A stretch of 64,000 nucleotides of DNA from Candidatus Saccharimonadales bacterium (lineage in GTDB: Bacteria; Patescibacteriota; Saccharimonadia; UBA4664; SCTI01): NCBI GenBank assembly GCA_035479795.1, contig DATIII010000008.1, forward strand, positions 30,487 through 94,486. The letters run 5' to 3'. Below the pieces are notes generated by a model. That model made no database searches. It saw only the letters and a program-made list of their open reading frames with translations, and was not told the DNA's origin. Position numbers and translations under genes: made by a program. Of this stretch, positions 9,704-20,078 are shown in pieces. Numbering within the stretch: position 1 is the stretch's first letter; each line of letters opens with the position of its first letter.

Positions 9704-11017
9704 TTAGTAACTGTCATAGCTAATTTCAACCGCTCGCGATTGTAGCTGCTTCATAGTTTCAAGCGCAACAGAGACAACGATTAATAGCCCGGTGCCACCC
9801 AGGGTTAGGAGCTGAGTGTGAGTTAGTCCCTGCACAATAAACGGCAAAACGGCAATCAACCCAAGAGCGATCGAGCCAATTAAGGTCAGCCGGTTAACGA
9901 CATTTTCCAGATAGTTGGCCGTCTCATTACCAGGACGAATCCCAGGCACAAATCCCCCCTGCTTTTGCATGTTTTCGGCAATATCATGGGAATTGAAGAT
10001 TACGCCAGTGTAGAAGTAGGTAAAGGCCACCACTAGGGCAAAATAGCTGATCGCGTAGGTGACGCTGCCGGAGGCGAAGAAAGTAGTCATCCAATGCGCA
10101 AACTGCGACACCCAGTGGGTCTTGGCCCCATTAAGTAGCTGGCCCAAAAAGGTCGGGACCGACAGGAAGGCTAGGGCAAAGATAATGGGGATAACACCAG
10201 CTGTGATTAGGCGGATAGGCAGGTAGGTATCAACTCCTGAAAAAATTCGGTTCCCACGAACTCTGCGAGCATATGAGACCGGTATGGAGCGCTGTCCTTC
10301 ATTGAGCATCACCAAGATGAAGATAACGAGTAGACTACCAACGATAAACAGCGCGAGCTCAACCAGTTTGCCAGTATCATTGGCAACCAAGCTTAAGAAT
10401 TGACCGGCGCTAGAAGGCAGCCGAGCCATGATGCCGGCAAAGATCAGCAGCGAGATGCCATTGCCTATCCCCTTCTCCGTTATTAGCTCCCCGAGCCACA
10501 TCAAGAAGATTGTGCCCGCTGTCATCACCGAGATCATCAAAAACCATTGATATAACGACGGATTACCGATGATGTCAGTGCCAGAAATCTTGACTGAGCT
10601 CTGGCGGATTAGCACTACCATGCCGATGGATTCGACTATGGCCAAAGGGATAGTTAACAATCGGGTGTACTGATTAATTTTCCGCCTACCCTGCTCACCC
10701 TCCTTGCTCAAAGACTCGAGATGAGGGATGACCCGCGTCATCAGCTGGACGATAATTGAGGCATTAATATAGGGCCCGAGCCCCATCATAATAATCGAGA
10801 AGTTAGAAAGTGCACCGCCCGAAAAAAGGTCAGCGAAGCCCAGCAGCTGACTAGATCCAAATAGATTCTTTAAGAAAGCCGACAAAGCCTGATTATCCGG
10901 GACCGGAACTGGCACATATGACATAAAGCGAAAGATCACCAAAATGCCCAGCACCAGCAAGATACGCCGGCGCAACTCCGAAGACCGATAGGCTGTCTTT
11001 AGTGTTTCTAAATTCAT
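9704..11017 (-). CDS. secY: Preprotein translocase SecY
   Basis: [36 protein letters not shown]. Confidence 0.98.
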   Translation of the reverse strand: MNLETLKTAYRSSELRRRILLVLGILVIFRFMSYVPVPVPDNQALSAFLKNLFGSSQLLGFADLFSGGALSNFSIIMMGLGPYINASIIVQLMTRVIPHLESLSKEGEQGRRKINQYTRLLTIPLAIVESIGMVVLIRQSSVKISGTDIIGNPSLYQWFLMISVMTAGTIFLMWLGELITEKGIGNGISLLIFAGIMARLPSSAGQFLSLVANDTGKLVELALFIVGSLLVIFILVMLNEGQRSIPVSYARRVRGNRIFSGVDTYLPIRLITAGVIPIIFALAFLSVPTFLGQLLNGAKTHWVSQFAHWMTTFFASGSVTYAISYFALVVAFTYFYTGVIFNSHDIAENMQKQGGFVPGIRPGNETANYLENVVNRLTLIGSIALGLIAVLPFIVQGLTHTQLLTLGGTGLLIVVSVALETMKQLQSRAVEISYDSY

Positions 11018-11044
11018 ATGGCTACCACCAGCTTAGCAAACTTT

Positions 11045-11533
11045 TTAGGCTTTTGGCTGGCGATTTCGCTTTGACGGCTTCTTGGGAGTTTTGTCGATAG
11101 TCGCGGCCTTAAAGCTACCGCCGGCCTTCTCGATGGCCTCCTTAGCACCAGCCGTAGCTGCATGGACGTTAACCGATAGCTTCTTGGTTAGCCCACCGCT
11201 GCCCAGAATTTTAACCGGCTTGTCGGCCCGCTTGATTACACCCGCCGCAGCCAATGAGGCAGCAGTAACGGTAGAGCCTTTAAATTTTTCTAAGCGCGCC
11301 AAGGTAACTGTCTGATAGGTTGTTGGGTTTAGAGCTGCAAAACCGCGTTTCTTCGGAAGTCGCTTCGCCAGTGGGTTCTGGCCACCTTCAAACCCCGGGC
11401 GGACGCCGCCGCCAGAGCGCGAATTCTGACCTTTGGTACCCCGACCAGCGGTTTTCCCTTTGCCAGAGCCAATACCACGTCCCAGGCGTTTACCACTATT
11501 TAGCGCCTCAATTGTTAACTCATGAATTTTCAT
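11045..11533 (-). CDS. rplO: 50S ribosomal protein L15
   Basis: [27 protein letters not shown]. Confidence 0.98.
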   Translation of the reverse strand: MKIHELTIEALNSGKRLGRGIGSGKGKTAGRGTKGQNSRSGGGVRPGFEGGQNPLAKRLPKKRGFAALNPTTYQTVTLARLEKFKGSTVTAASLAAAGVIKRADKPVKILGSGGLTKKLSVNVHAATAGAKEAIEKAGGSFKAATIDKTPKKPSKRNRQPKA

Positions 11534-11535
11534 AG

Positions 11536-12036
11536 CTAGACCGCCACCTTGTCTTCAGCTTTTTTTGGCTTAGTAAAGGCTTTTTTCTCAACTGTCTTAA
11601 GCTGCCCCAACGCCATAATGGTGGCGTAGGCATTATTAACCTTATTGGTGGAGCCCAGCGACTTGGTGAGCAGGTCATGGATCCCGGCTACTTCCACCAC
11701 ATTGCGCACAGCCCCACCGGCAATTACGCCCGTACCAGCTGAGGCTGGCTTGAGCATTACCTGAGCTCCCGAAAATCGGACATTGGCCTCATGGGGGATA
11801 GTGCCCCCTGCCAGGGGAATGGTTATCATGTTGCGCTTGGCCCGCGATACCGCCTTGGCGATAGAGGTCATGACCTCCCCACCTTTGCCAATACCGAGAC
11901 CAACGCGACCATTACCATCACCAATCACCACCGTGGCGCGGAAGCGGAAGCGACGTCCACCCTTAACCACCCGAGCCACCCGATCGATGGCAATTACCTT
12001 TTCTTCAAACTCTTTGGGTTGCTGTTGAATTGCCAT
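11536..12036 (-). CDS. rpsE: 30S ribosomal protein S5 (start moved to MAIQQ)
   Basis: [26 protein letters not shown]. Confidence 0.97.
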   Translation of the reverse strand: MAIQQQPKEFEEKVIAIDRVARVVKGGRRFRFRATVVIGDGNGRVGLGIGKGGEVMTSIAKAVSRAKRNMITIPLAGGTIPHEANVRFSGAQVMLKPASAGTGVIAGGAVRNVVEVAGIHDLLTKSLGSTNKVNNAYATIMALGQLKTVEKKAFTKPKKAEDKVAV

Positions 12037-12037
12037 C

Positions 12038-12373
12038 TTAAAACTCCAATCCGGCTTTACGTGCAGCATCGGCACAGGCGCTCAGGCGACCGTGGTATAT
12101 TCTCGACCCACGATCGAAAACCACGTGTTTGACCTTGGCCTGCTTGGCGGCCACGGCAATCTGGGCACCAAGCCAAGCAGCCTTTTCGGTCATCGTGCCT
12201 TTGGCGTCCGTCTTGACAGTGGTGGCAAAAGCCAGAGTTTTGCCCTTAGTATCATCGATGATCTGAGACGTCAGGTTTTTGTTAGTCACCTTAACACTCA
12301 AGCGAGGGCGCTCTGGAGTCCCAATCACCTTGGCTCGAGTTCTGACTTTACGCTGTAATTTAGTAATACTCAT
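12038..12373 (-). CDS. rplR: 50S ribosomal protein L18
   Basis: PERPRLSV, VVFDRGSRIYHGR, ARKAGLEF. Confidence 0.97.
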   Translation of the reverse strand: MSITKLQRKVRTRAKVIGTPERPRLSVKVTNKNLTSQIIDDTKGKTLAFATTVKTDAKGTMTEKAAWLGAQIAVAAKQAKVKHVVFDRGSRIYHGRLSACADAARKAGLEF

Positions 12374-12375
12374 AA

Positions 12376-12915
12376 TTAACCTTTCGCCGCCGTCTTACCA
12401 GCCTTACGACGGATGCGCTCTTCTACGTATTTAATACCTTTACCCTTGTACGGCTCGGGTTTACGCAGCGCCCGAATATTAGCAGCCACCTGGCCAACGG
12501 CCTGCTTATCAGCACCCGAGATTGTCACCAGATTGCGCTCAACCTTGGCTTCGATACCGTCTGGTAGTTTAAATTCAATCGCATGCGAGAAGCCAAGAGC
12601 TAAGGTAATAACGTTCCCGCTAACGCTAGCTCGGTAGCCAACTCCGTTGATTTCCAGTTGCCGGGTAAAGCCTTCTGAGACTCCGACTACAATATTGCTG
12701 ATTAAAGTCCGCAGAAGCCCCCAAGTTCGTAGGGTCTCTTCATTGTCAGTCATAACCGACACGGTTAGCTGGCCATCGGCTTGCTCGACCTTAAGCCCGG
12801 GCAACCTCCGCACTTCCAGTTCACCTTTTGGACCGGCGGCCTTTACTAGAACGTCGCTAATTTCGACATTAACGCCGGCGGGGATGGTAATGGGTTGTCG
12901 TCCAATTCTACTCAT
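12376..12915 (-). CDS. rplF: 50S ribosomal protein L6
   Basis: MSRIGRQPI, RKPEPYKGKGI. Confidence 0.98.
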   Translation of the reverse strand: MSRIGRQPITIPAGVNVEISDVLVKAAGPKGELEVRRLPGLKVEQADGQLTVSVMTDNEETLRTWGLLRTLISNIVVGVSEGFTRQLEINGVGYRASVSGNVITLALGFSHAIEFKLPDGIEAKVERNLVTISGADKQAVGQVAANIRALRKPEPYKGKGIKYVEERIRRKAGKTAAKG

Positions 12916-12924
12916 CAGCCAACC

Positions 12925-13326
12925 TCACCAAACCTTACAGATTAATTCACCGCCAAGCCCAGCTTTGCGAGCCTCACGACCGCTCATCACGCCCTTCGAG
13001 GTCGAAATGATCACCATGCCTCGGCCGCCCAAGATCAACGGGATATCGGCCGAGCTGTAATACACCCGCCGACCCGGCTTCGAGATACGTTGCAGATTAC
13101 TCAAAGACGGCTGATGGCTGCCATCATCGAGGGCCACGGTCATGGTTTTAAAGCCATCGCTGGCAGTTTCGACCTTAAACCCGGTTACAAAGCCGTTGTC
13201 CTTCAAGATACCAGCAATCGCTTCCTTCATCTTAGAATGGGGCACTAACACGGAGGCCTTACGGACGGCCAGCCCGTTACGAATTCGGGTTAGCATATCT
13301 GCAATTGGATCTGTTGTCATAGTCAT
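12925..13326 (-). CDS. rpsH: 30S ribosomal protein S8
   Basis: DPIADMLTRIRN, SKPGRRVY, GGELICKVW. Confidence 0.98.
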   Translation of the reverse strand: MTMTTDPIADMLTRIRNGLAVRKASVLVPHSKMKEAIAGILKDNGFVTGFKVETASDGFKTMTVALDDGSHQPSLSNLQRISKPGRRVYYSSADIPLILGGRGMVIISTSKGVMSGREARKAGLGGELICKVW

Positions 13327-13335
13327 ATCAGCCTC

Positions 13336-13521
13336 CTACCAACTCGCCTTAGTTACGCCCGGTACCTGCCCGCGGCTGGCATGCTCACGAAAACAGATTC
13401 GGCAAAGGTTAAACTTGCGGATATAGCCACGGGGACGACCGCACATCTTGCAACGATTTACCTTGCGAGTCGAAAACTTAGGCTTCCGATTAGCTTTTAC
13501 AATTAACGCAACTCTAGCCAT
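13336..13521 (-). CDS. rpsN: 30S ribosomal protein S14 (Zn-binding type Z)
   Basis: [10 protein letters not shown]...[16 protein letters not shown]. Confidence 0.97.
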   Translation of the reverse strand: MARVALIVKANRKPKFSTRKVNRCKMCGRPRGYIRKFNLCRICFREHASRGQVPGVTKASW

Positions 13522-14062
13522 TTTGCCTCCGGAAGGGGAATCCCATTAATTCAAGCAGCTTGCGACTATCCTCGGGCTTATCTGCAGTGGTAATAATGTT
13601 TACTTGCAAACTGTGAGGTGTCGATGTTTCCTCAAAGCTAAGCTCCGGGAAGATCGACTGCTCTCGCACCCCAATACTGTAATTACCTTGCCGGTCAAAC
13701 GCCTTTTCGCTCAAACCTCGGAAATCTCTAATCCGCGGCAGGGCCACCGATACTAGCCGATCCAAGAAGGCGTACATACGCTCGCCACGAAGGGTTACCA
13801 TCACGCCAATCTTGTTGCCGTCACGCAATTTAAAGCCAGCAATACTTTTTTTGGCCACTGTTTGGACAGGTGCCTGGCCACTTATTTTAGCCACGGTATG
13901 ACCGACAGTTTCCAGATGTTTAGAATCGGCAGTCGCTCGACCGACACCGGCATTAATAACCACCTTCTCGATCCGAGGAATCTGATGAACATTAGTGTAC
14001 CCCAGCTCCTTCATCAGAGCCGGTCGAACTTCTTCGTTATATTTTTTGTGCAATCTGTTCAT
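13514..14062 (-). CDS. rplE: 50S ribosomal protein L5
   Basis: [20 protein letters not shown]. Confidence 0.98.
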   Translation of the reverse strand: MNRLHKKYNEEVRPALMKELGYTNVHQIPRIEKVVINAGVGRATADSKHLETVGHTVAKISGQAPVQTVAKKSIAGFKLRDGNKIGVMVTLRGERMYAFLDRLVSVALPRIRDFRGLSEKAFDRQGNYSIGVREQSIFPELSFEETSTPHSLQVNIITTADKPEDSRKLLELMGFPFRRQNG

Positions 14063-14064
14063 CT

Positions 14065-14385
14065 CTATGCCTTCTTAACCTTTTCGTAACGTCCGGGTTT
14101 GAAAACCCGTTCTTTGCCGCCGTTTTTATCAAACTTGTAGCCAATCCGAGCCGGCTTACCGCTGGCAGGATCGAGTGCCATCAGCTTAGCGGCGTCAATT
14201 GGTTTAGTAATCTCAAGGATCCCACCCCGTGGACTCTTTTGTGATGGCTTGGTGTGCCGCTTGGCAATGTTAATACCACTAACCACCAGCTTATTCGCCT
14301 TGGGTAGGGCTTGGGTGACTTCACCTGTCTTACCCTTATCTCGGCCCGCAATCACAATCACCTTATCTCCTTTGCGCAGCTTCAT
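14065..14385 (-). CDS. rplX: 50S ribosomal protein L24
   Basis: GDKVIVIAGRDKGKTG KOW motif. Confidence 0.97.
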   Translation of the reverse strand: MKLRKGDKVIVIAGRDKGKTGEVTQALPKANKLVVSGINIAKRHTKPSQKSPRGGILEITKPIDAAKLMALDPASGKPARIGYKFDKNGGKERVFKPGRYEKVKKA

Positions 14386-14753
14386 TAGAGCACCTCCGGA
14401 GCCAGTGAAATAATCTTCATATAGCCGCCATCGCGCAATTCCCGGGCAATCGGCCCAAAAACGCGAGTACCCCTAGGCTGACCGTTCTTATCAATGATCA
14501 CCACAGCATTGTCATCAAACCGGACCTGCGAACCATCAGGACGACGAGTTGGCTGGGTAGTCCGAACCACCACTGCCTGAACGACTTCCTTCTTCTTCAC
14601 ATTAGCCCCCGGCAAAGCTACCTTAACGCTGGCCGTAATGATGTCGCCCACACGAGCATACCGGCGGCGCGAACCACCAAGCACCTTAATGCATAGAATG
14701 TCTCGAGCGCCGCTGTTGTCGGCAACTTTCAATCTGGATTCAGCCTGGATCAC
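14385..14753 (-). CDS. rplN: 50S ribosomal protein L14
   Basis: [25 protein letters not shown]. Confidence 0.98.
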   Translation of the reverse strand: MIQAESRLKVADNSGARDILCIKVLGGSRRRYARVGDIITASVKVALPGANVKKKEVVQAVVVRTTQPTRRPDGSQVRFDDNAVVIIDKNGQPRGTRVFGPIARELRDGGYMKIISLAPEVL

Positions 14754-15001
14754 GACGCCAGCTCCTTGGCCGTAACCTTATGATCCACCACCCAGCGCTT
14801 CTCTCGGCTCAGCGGTCGCGACTCGGTAATTTCCACAATGTCCCCTACCTTGTACTGGTTGTTTTCATCATGAGCTTTGAACTTGGTCGTTACTGCATAC
14901 TTTTTGCGATAGATCGGATGAGTCTTGACGCGCTCGACCGTCACCACCACTGTTTTGTCCATTTTGTCCGAGGAAACAGTGCCTCTTAGTCGTCTAGCCA
15001 T
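14750..15001 (-). CDS. rpsQ: 30S ribosomal protein S17
   Basis: [25 protein letters not shown]. Confidence 0.97.
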   Translation of the reverse strand: MARRLRGTVSSDKMDKTVVVTVERVKTHPIYRKKYAVTTKFKAHDENNQYKVGDIVEITESRPLSREKRWVVDHKVTAKELAS

Positions 15002-15206
15002 TGGATTCCTCCGTCAGTTTTAGTTCTTTAGCACGGCGAGCTGTCTCGGCGCGGGCAATTGTCTTCTTCAATTTCTGGATTGCCTTCACGTTAGCCACTT
15101 GCTTAGTGCGAATATTCACCAGCTCGTCGGCCAACTGCTTACGCGTATCACTCAGCAAGGTATTTAACTCCTTATCTGATTTGGAGGCTAGTTCTTGGTA
15201 TTTCAT
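14994..15206 (-). CDS. rpmC: 50S ribosomal protein L29
   Basis: Position between rplP and rpsQ; KKTIARAET helix. Confidence 0.9.
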   Translation of the reverse strand: MKYQELASKSDKELNTLLSDTRKQLADELVNIRTKQVANVKAIQKLKKTIARAETARRAKELKLTEESNG

Positions 15207-15631
15207 TCCGCTGCCTCCCCCGGTGTATGGCGCACCACAAACTTAGTCTTAACTGGTAATTTCATAGCCGCCAGCCGCATTGCTTCCCGGGCCACGTCTT
15301 CTTTAACGCCTTCCATCTCAAACAGCATCCGACCCGGGCGGACCTTGGCAGCATAGTGATCGACACCACCCTTACCGCTACCCATGCGGACTTCGGCCGG
15401 CTTCTTGGTAATGGGCGTATCCGGGAAAATGCGGATCCAAATTTTACCACCACGACGGATGTAGCGGGTCATGGCCCGGCGAGCCGCCTCGATCTGGCGC
15501 GAGGTGATCCGGTCGGTACCGTCAGACTTCAAGCCAAACTGACCAAAAGACACTTCTGTACCACGCGTCGCCACGCCACGAATCCGACCCTTCTGCTGCT
15601 TTCTAAACTTGGTCTTCTTTGGGAGTAACAT
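15203..15631 (-). CDS. rplP: 50S ribosomal protein L16
   Basis: [23 protein letters not shown]. Confidence 0.98.
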   Translation of the reverse strand: MLLPKKTKFRKQQKGRIRGVATRGTEVSFGQFGLKSDGTDRITSRQIEAARRAMTRYIRRGGKIWIRIFPDTPITKKPAEVRMGSGKGGVDHYAAKVRPGRMLFEMEGVKEDVAREAMRLAAMKLPVKTKFVVRHTPGEAAE

Positions 15632-15633
15632 GG

Positions 15634-16275
15634 CTACTTTCCTTTACCCTCAAACTTATTGCCTTTATAGACCCACACCTTAACACCAATAATGCCGTAG
15701 GTGGTGCGGGCTTCGGCCGTGCCGTAATCGATATCGGCGCGAAGGGTGTGCAACGGGATAGAGCCATTGGCCACAGTTTCGCGGCGGCTCATTTCGGCAC
15801 CGTTAAGCCGACCGGCCACCGTCACCTTGGCGCCTAGGGCACCGGCCTTCAGGGCATTTTCCGCCGCCATTTTCATGGCGCGACGGAAGGAGATGCGACG
15901 CTCGAGCTGGCTGGCGATATTTTCAGCAACCAGCTTGGCATTGGTTTCCGGCTTTTTGACTTCCTCAATGCTGACCTTCACCGGAGCGCTGGCCTTCTTT
16001 TGGAGCGCCTTCTTAAGCTCTTCAGCACTGGCGCCACCTCGACCAATCACCACTCCCGGCTTGGCCGTAAAGACATAAATGGTGATAAGGTTTGGTGACC
16101 GCTCAATATCAATGCGCGAAACACTGGCCCGACGGCTCAGACTCTTGTCGGCCACTCGACGCAACTGGAGGTCTTCGATCAAGTTGGCAGCATATTCTTT
16201 GCCAGCAAACCATTTTGACTGCCAATCCTTATCCAGCTGCAAACGCAGGCTACGTGGATTTACTTTCTGACCCAT
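15634..16275 (-). CDS. rpsC: 30S ribosomal protein S3
   Basis: [25 protein letters not shown]. Confidence 0.98.
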   Translation of the reverse strand: MGQKVNPRSLRLQLDKDWQSKWFAGKEYAANLIEDLQLRRVADKSLSRRASVSRIDIERSPNLITIYVFTAKPGVVIGRGGASAEELKKALQKKASAPVKVSIEEVKKPETNAKLVAENIASQLERRISFRRAMKMAAENALKAGALGAKVTVAGRLNGAEMSRRETVANGSIPLHTLRADIDYGTAEARTTYGIIGVKVWVYKGNKFEGKGK

Positions 16276-16730
16276 TACTTCGCCTCCTCTTTCTTTGCTA
16301 CCTGCTTAGTGGCCGGTTTTTCGGTCTCAACCTGAGACTTAGGAGCATCCACTGACTGAGATTCCGCTTTGGCATTTGTAACTTTAGACTCAGGATTTCC
16401 GGCGTCCGACAGGACGACGGTGATGTGGCTAGTTCGCTTACGTACCGGGAAGGCTCGTCCCTGAGCTCTTGGGCGATAACGCTTTAAAGTAGGTCCTGGA
16501 CCGACCAAAACAGAGGCGACTGTCAAGTTACGTTCACTCAAACTGTAATTGTTTTCAGCATTGGCCACAGCGCTGCCAAGGACCTTGCCCACCGGCTCAG
16601 TGGCGCGCTTCGGGTGAGCTGAAAGGATGGCTTTGGCCTCCACGGCGCTGCGGCCACGAATCAGCGCGGCCACCAAGCCTACCTTACGGCTGGAGGTACC
16701 AACAAATTTAGCTGTAGCGCGGACGTTCAT
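16275..16730 (-). CDS. rplV: 50S ribosomal protein L22
   Basis: SAVANAENN, RPRAQGRA, RTSHITVV. Confidence 0.97.
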   Translation of the reverse strand: MNVRATAKFVGTSSRKVGLVAALIRGRSAVEAKAILSAHPKRATEPVGKVLGSAVANAENNYSLSERNLTVASVLVGPGPTLKRYRPRAQGRAFPVRKRTSHITVVLSDAGNPESKVTNAKAESQSVDAPKSQVETEKPATKQVAKKEEAK

Positions 16731-17005
16731 TATTTCTTACCCTTCGCTAGCTTGCCACCATGACCTCGGAACTTCCGGGTCGGGGAAAATTCACCCAGCT
16801 TGTGGCCCACCATATTCTCGGTAACGAAGACCGGGAGGTGTTGGCGGCCGTTATGAACTGCAAAGGTGTGACCCACCATTTCAGGAGTGATCGTTGAGGC
16901 GCGAGCCCAGGTCTTGATGACAGTTTTGTCACCAGCGGTCAGCTTTTCAACCTTTTTCATCAGCTTTTCGTCCACAAAAGGACCTTTTTTTAGCGAACGG
17001 CTCAT
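16730..17005 (-). CDS. rpsS: 30S ribosomal protein S19
   Basis: [23 protein letters not shown]. Confidence 0.98.
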   Translation of the reverse strand: MSRSLKKGPFVDEKLMKKVEKLTAGDKTVIKTWARASTITPEMVGHTFAVHNGRQHLPVFVTENMVGHKLGEFSPTRKFRGHGGKLAKGKK

Positions 17006-17842
17006 CTAGCGTCTCCCTTTCTTGCGACCGCGGATAATCATAGCGTCAGTCAACTTGCGGCGGCGAGTTTTGAGGCCCAAGGCCGGCTTACCCCACGGGG
17101 TCTTCTGGCCCACACGTAGAGCCGTCGATGTAGCACCTTCACCACCACCGTGGGGGTGATCTACTGGGTTCATGGCCTTACCACGCACGGCTGGGCGCCA
17201 ACCCATCCGACGGCGGCGGCCGGCGCTACCGTATTTAATATTCTGGTGCTGCTCATTCCCTACCGTACCGATAGTGGCCATGCAGTCTTGATGTACCAAG
17301 CGGACTTCGCCACTAGGCAGCCGGACCTGGCAAAATTCGCCTTCTTTGGCAACCAGCTGCGCCTTGGCCCCGGCACTTCGGGCAATTTGGCCGCCCTTAC
17401 CTAGGACCAGCTCAATGTTGTAGATCTGGGTACCGACTGGAATGCTTTTAAGTGGCAGGCGATTACCCCGGCGAATTTCCACCTCAGAACCGCTTTCAAC
17501 CTCCTGGCCGACCTGCATACCAGAACCAGCCAGTACATAAGCCTTCTTGCCATTTTCTAGGTCGATCAAGGCAATGTGCGCCGAGCGGTTTGGATCGTAC
17601 TCGATGGCACTAATCGTGCCCTTGGTTCCTGGAACCAGTCGAAAATCGACCAGACGATAAAAGCGCTTAACCGCACCGCCTCGATGGCGAATAGTAATCC
17701 TGCCTTGGTTATTGCGACCGCTGCCGGCCTTCATTGCTACCAGCAAGCTCTTTTCAGGCTTTTTCTTAGTAATAGCAGCCGTATCGGCCGTAGTCATCCC
17801 ACGACGGGCGGGTGTAGTTGGCTTGTAGAGTTTAATGGCCAT
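17006..17842 (-). CDS. rplB: 50S ribosomal protein L2
   Basis: EYDPNRSA, MNPVDHPHGGGEG. Confidence 0.98.
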   Translation of the reverse strand: MAIKLYKPTTPARRGMTTADTAAITKKKPEKSLLVAMKAGSGRNNQGRITIRHRGGAVKRFYRLVDFRLVPGTKGTISAIEYDPNRSAHIALIDLENGKKAYVLAGSGMQVGQEVESGSEVEIRRGNRLPLKSIPVGTQIYNIELVLGKGGQIARSAGAKAQLVAKEGEFCQVRLPSGEVRLVHQDCMATIGTVGNEQHQNIKYGSAGRRRRMGWRPAVRGKAMNPVDHPHGGGEGATSTALRVGQKTPWGKPALGLKTRRRKLTDAMIIRGRKKGRR

Positions 17843-18117
17843 TACGCTGCTCCCTCAAATAAGTCGATTTTGTCACCCTTTTTTAGGGTTACAATGGCCT
17901 TTTTGGTATCACTTTGACGCCCCAGCACCCGGCGGAACCGCTTCAGCTTGCCTTTGTGGATGATGATATTTACATCCGTCACAGCCACATTAAAACGGGC
18001 CGCCACCGCCTTGCCAACTTCAATCTTATTGCTGCTAGTTGGGACATCAAAGACATACTTGCCGGTCTGAGCCAAGGCAATTGATTTTTCAGATACGCGA
18101 GGCATGAGGGTCAACAT
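17842..18117 (-). CDS. rplW: 50S ribosomal protein L23 (start moved to MLTLM)
   Basis: SEKS, YVFDV, KKAIVTL. Confidence 0.96.
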   Translation of the reverse strand: MLTLMPRVSEKSIALAQTGKYVFDVPTSSNKIEVGKAVAARFNVAVTDVNIIIHKGKLKRFRRVLGRQSDTKKAIVTLKKGDKIDLFEGAA

Positions 18118-18752
18118 TATTTGTCCTCCAGCCAAGTATTTAACACGTCGACTGCATCGTTAGTAATCACTATCCAATCGGCATTCATAATCGTGTAAAC
18201 GTTTAGATATTTAGCCGAAACGGCTTGCAGACCCGCAATATTTCGGGTTGCACGATCAACCGTCGGCGTTTTTTCAGCCACTACCAATAGAATGCTGCCT
18301 TCAATTTTCAGCTTATCGAGCAAAGCTATTGTCGGCTTAACCCGGCCTTCTCCACCGTCAAAAGCCTCCAGCATCAGCACTTTATTGTCGATAGCCTGTA
18401 GGCTTAGGGCCTGACGGATAGCCGCCCGCTTGGCTTTAACTGGCAGATTCAAGCTGTGGTTTTCCAGCCCGGTCGGACCAAACACCACGCCACCCCCACG
18501 CCATTGGACAATCCGGCTAGAACCAGCCCGCGCGCGGCCAGTGCCTTTTTGCTTGTGGGGCTTCTTGCCGCCGCCGCGAACTTCGCCGCGTGTTAGCGTC
18601 TTTGCACCAGCACTGCGACCGTTGGCCAGGTAGGAACGGTAAGCCAGCCCCACCAGATCATGGTTAGCCTCAACCCCAAAAACCTTGGCATTTAGCTTGG
18701 CAGGGGTTTCCTTTTTGGCGCCCGTCTTGGAATAAATAACCGCAGTAGCCAT
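18117..18752 (-). CDS. rplD: 50S ribosomal protein L4
   Basis: GGGKKPHKQKGTGRARAGS, GGGVVFGP. Confidence 0.98.
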   Translation of the reverse strand: MATAVIYSKTGAKKETPAKLNAKVFGVEANHDLVGLAYRSYLANGRSAGAKTLTRGEVRGGGKKPHKQKGTGRARAGSSRIVQWRGGGVVFGPTGLENHSLNLPVKAKRAAIRQALSLQAIDNKVLMLEAFDGGEGRVKPTIALLDKLKIEGSILLVVAEKTPTVDRATRNIAGLQAVSAKYLNVYTIMNADWIVITNDAVDVLNTWLEDK

Positions 18753-19394
18753 TTATCGCTCCAGTCCCTGGATCATAACAATGCCCTTTTTCGGACCAGG
18801 TACAGCACCCTTAATAGCGAGCAGGTTGCCTTCGGTATCAATTCGCACAATCTTGAGACCCTTGGTGGTGACACGATCGCCGCCCATCTGGCCGGCCATT
18901 TTTTGGCCTTTAAAGACGTGCTGCGGATAGCCAGCGCCAATCGAGCCGGGAGCCCGGTAGTTGTGTGAACCGTGGGTCTTAGGGCCGGTTGAGAAGTTAT
19001 GGCGCTTAACCGTACCGGCAAAGCCCTTACCCTTAGAGGTGCCAATCACCTGAACCTTATCGCCAACTTCAAACAAACTGACATCCAGTTTGGTGCCAAC
19101 CTTAGCTGGTTGCTCGCCCTCGGCGGTTTCAACATCAGCCACGATCTGGTCCGTTCGCACTTCCGCGAGCTTGGCCGGGATGACGCCCGCGCTTTTGGCA
19201 TGACCTTCTTGGGGCTTGGCCGGGTTTTTGGCTACGCCAAAGCCAATTTGGAGTGCACCATAGCCATCGTTAGCGGCGGTTTTGACTTGCGTCACCACGC
19301 ACGGGCCAGCCTCAACAATGGTGACACGCGCCACATTACCGTCCTCGTCGAACAGCTGGGTCATTCCTAATTTTCGGCCCAAAAGCGCTTTCAC
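18753..19394 (-). CDS. rplC: 50S ribosomal protein L3 (probable GTG start at 19394)
   Basis: GRKLGMTQ, GTSKGKGFAG, GPKTHGS. Confidence 0.97.
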   Translation of the reverse strand: MKALLGRKLGMTQLFDEDGNVARVTIVEAGPCVVTQVKTAANDGYGALQIGFGVAKNPAKPQEGHAKSAGVIPAKLAEVRTDQIVADVETAEGEQPAKVGTKLDVSLFEVGDKVQVIGTSKGKGFAGTVKRHNFSTGPKTHGSHNYRAPGSIGAGYPQHVFKGQKMAGQMGGDRVTTKGLKIVRIDTEGNLLAIKGAVPGPKKGIVMIQGLER

Positions 19395-19506
19395 CTTGGT
19401 TAAGGCTCCATTTAAGCAAAAATAATCTCGGAAATTCGGGGGTTTCTCTCCTGAGTACGAGACCTGCCGGTTTTCCGAATACGTGCCATGCACTAGTTAC
19501 CGAAGT

Positions 19507-19536
19507 ACTATACCAGGCAACTCGCTATCCTGTCAA
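19507..19536 (-). promoter_or_regulatory. Sigma70-type promoter for the rplC-led operon
   Basis: TTGACA-18 nt-TATAGT on the minus strand. Confidence 0.7.
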
Positions 19537-19562
19537 CAGATAAAGCAGAAGGTCGGACCCTC

Positions 19563-19592
19563 TTGACAAAACGTTCATACTTATTGTATATT
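19563..19592 (+). promoter_or_regulatory. Divergent sigma70-type promoter
   Basis: TTGACA-18 nt-TATATT upstream of AAGGAG and the ATG at 19616. Confidence 0.6.
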
Positions 19593-19615
19593 AGTTGATT
19601 CGTTAAGGAGTTATT

Positions 19616-19807
19616 ATGCGAACCTATTTTAATCGCATCACTAACCGTCATCTGGCGCAATTGATTTCTGTCTATGTCATCTTGATTTGCGTCTATGTAC
19701 TGGTCCCTGAATCAGTTGAATCAGTCCGACGGGCTTTGTCGGTAGTTGAAATTGGTGTGCTTGGGGCTATTTCGGTCATTATTTTCGACCGCATGCTCCG
19801 CGTCTAA
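19616..19807 (+). CDS. Small 2-TM hypothetical protein
   Basis: Promoter plus SD (AAGGAG); two hydrophobic segments. Confidence 0.6.
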   Translation: MRTYFNRITNRHLAQLISVYVILICVYVLVPESVESVRRALSVVEIGVLGAISVIIFDRMLRV

Positions 19808-20046
19808 AATACTAGCGTAATACCAATACCAACCAAGCCAATGACGCAGGCTACGAGCAGTAAGGCGTATTCGATCTTGCGATCTAAGCCAAACTTTTCA
19901 TGCTGAGCCGCCAATAGACCCAGGATCAATCCTAGTGGGGCGACCCGTTGTCCCCGGTAGCTAACCCAGATGGTGCCAACTACAAAATAAATGAGGATTT
20001 TTAGAAAATATAAGGAGTCGGTCTGGCCGGCTCTTTTGCTTTGCAT
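19804..20046 (-). CDS. Small membrane protein
   Basis: Hydrophobic segments; -10-like box just upstream. Confidence 0.6.
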   Translation of the reverse strand: MQSKRAGQTDSLYFLKILIYFVVGTIWVSYRGQRVAPLGLILGLLAAQHEKFGLDRKIEYALLLVACVIGLVGIGITLVF

Positions 20047-20078
20047 AACCTAATTAAAGCATAACCGCTTTACAGGAT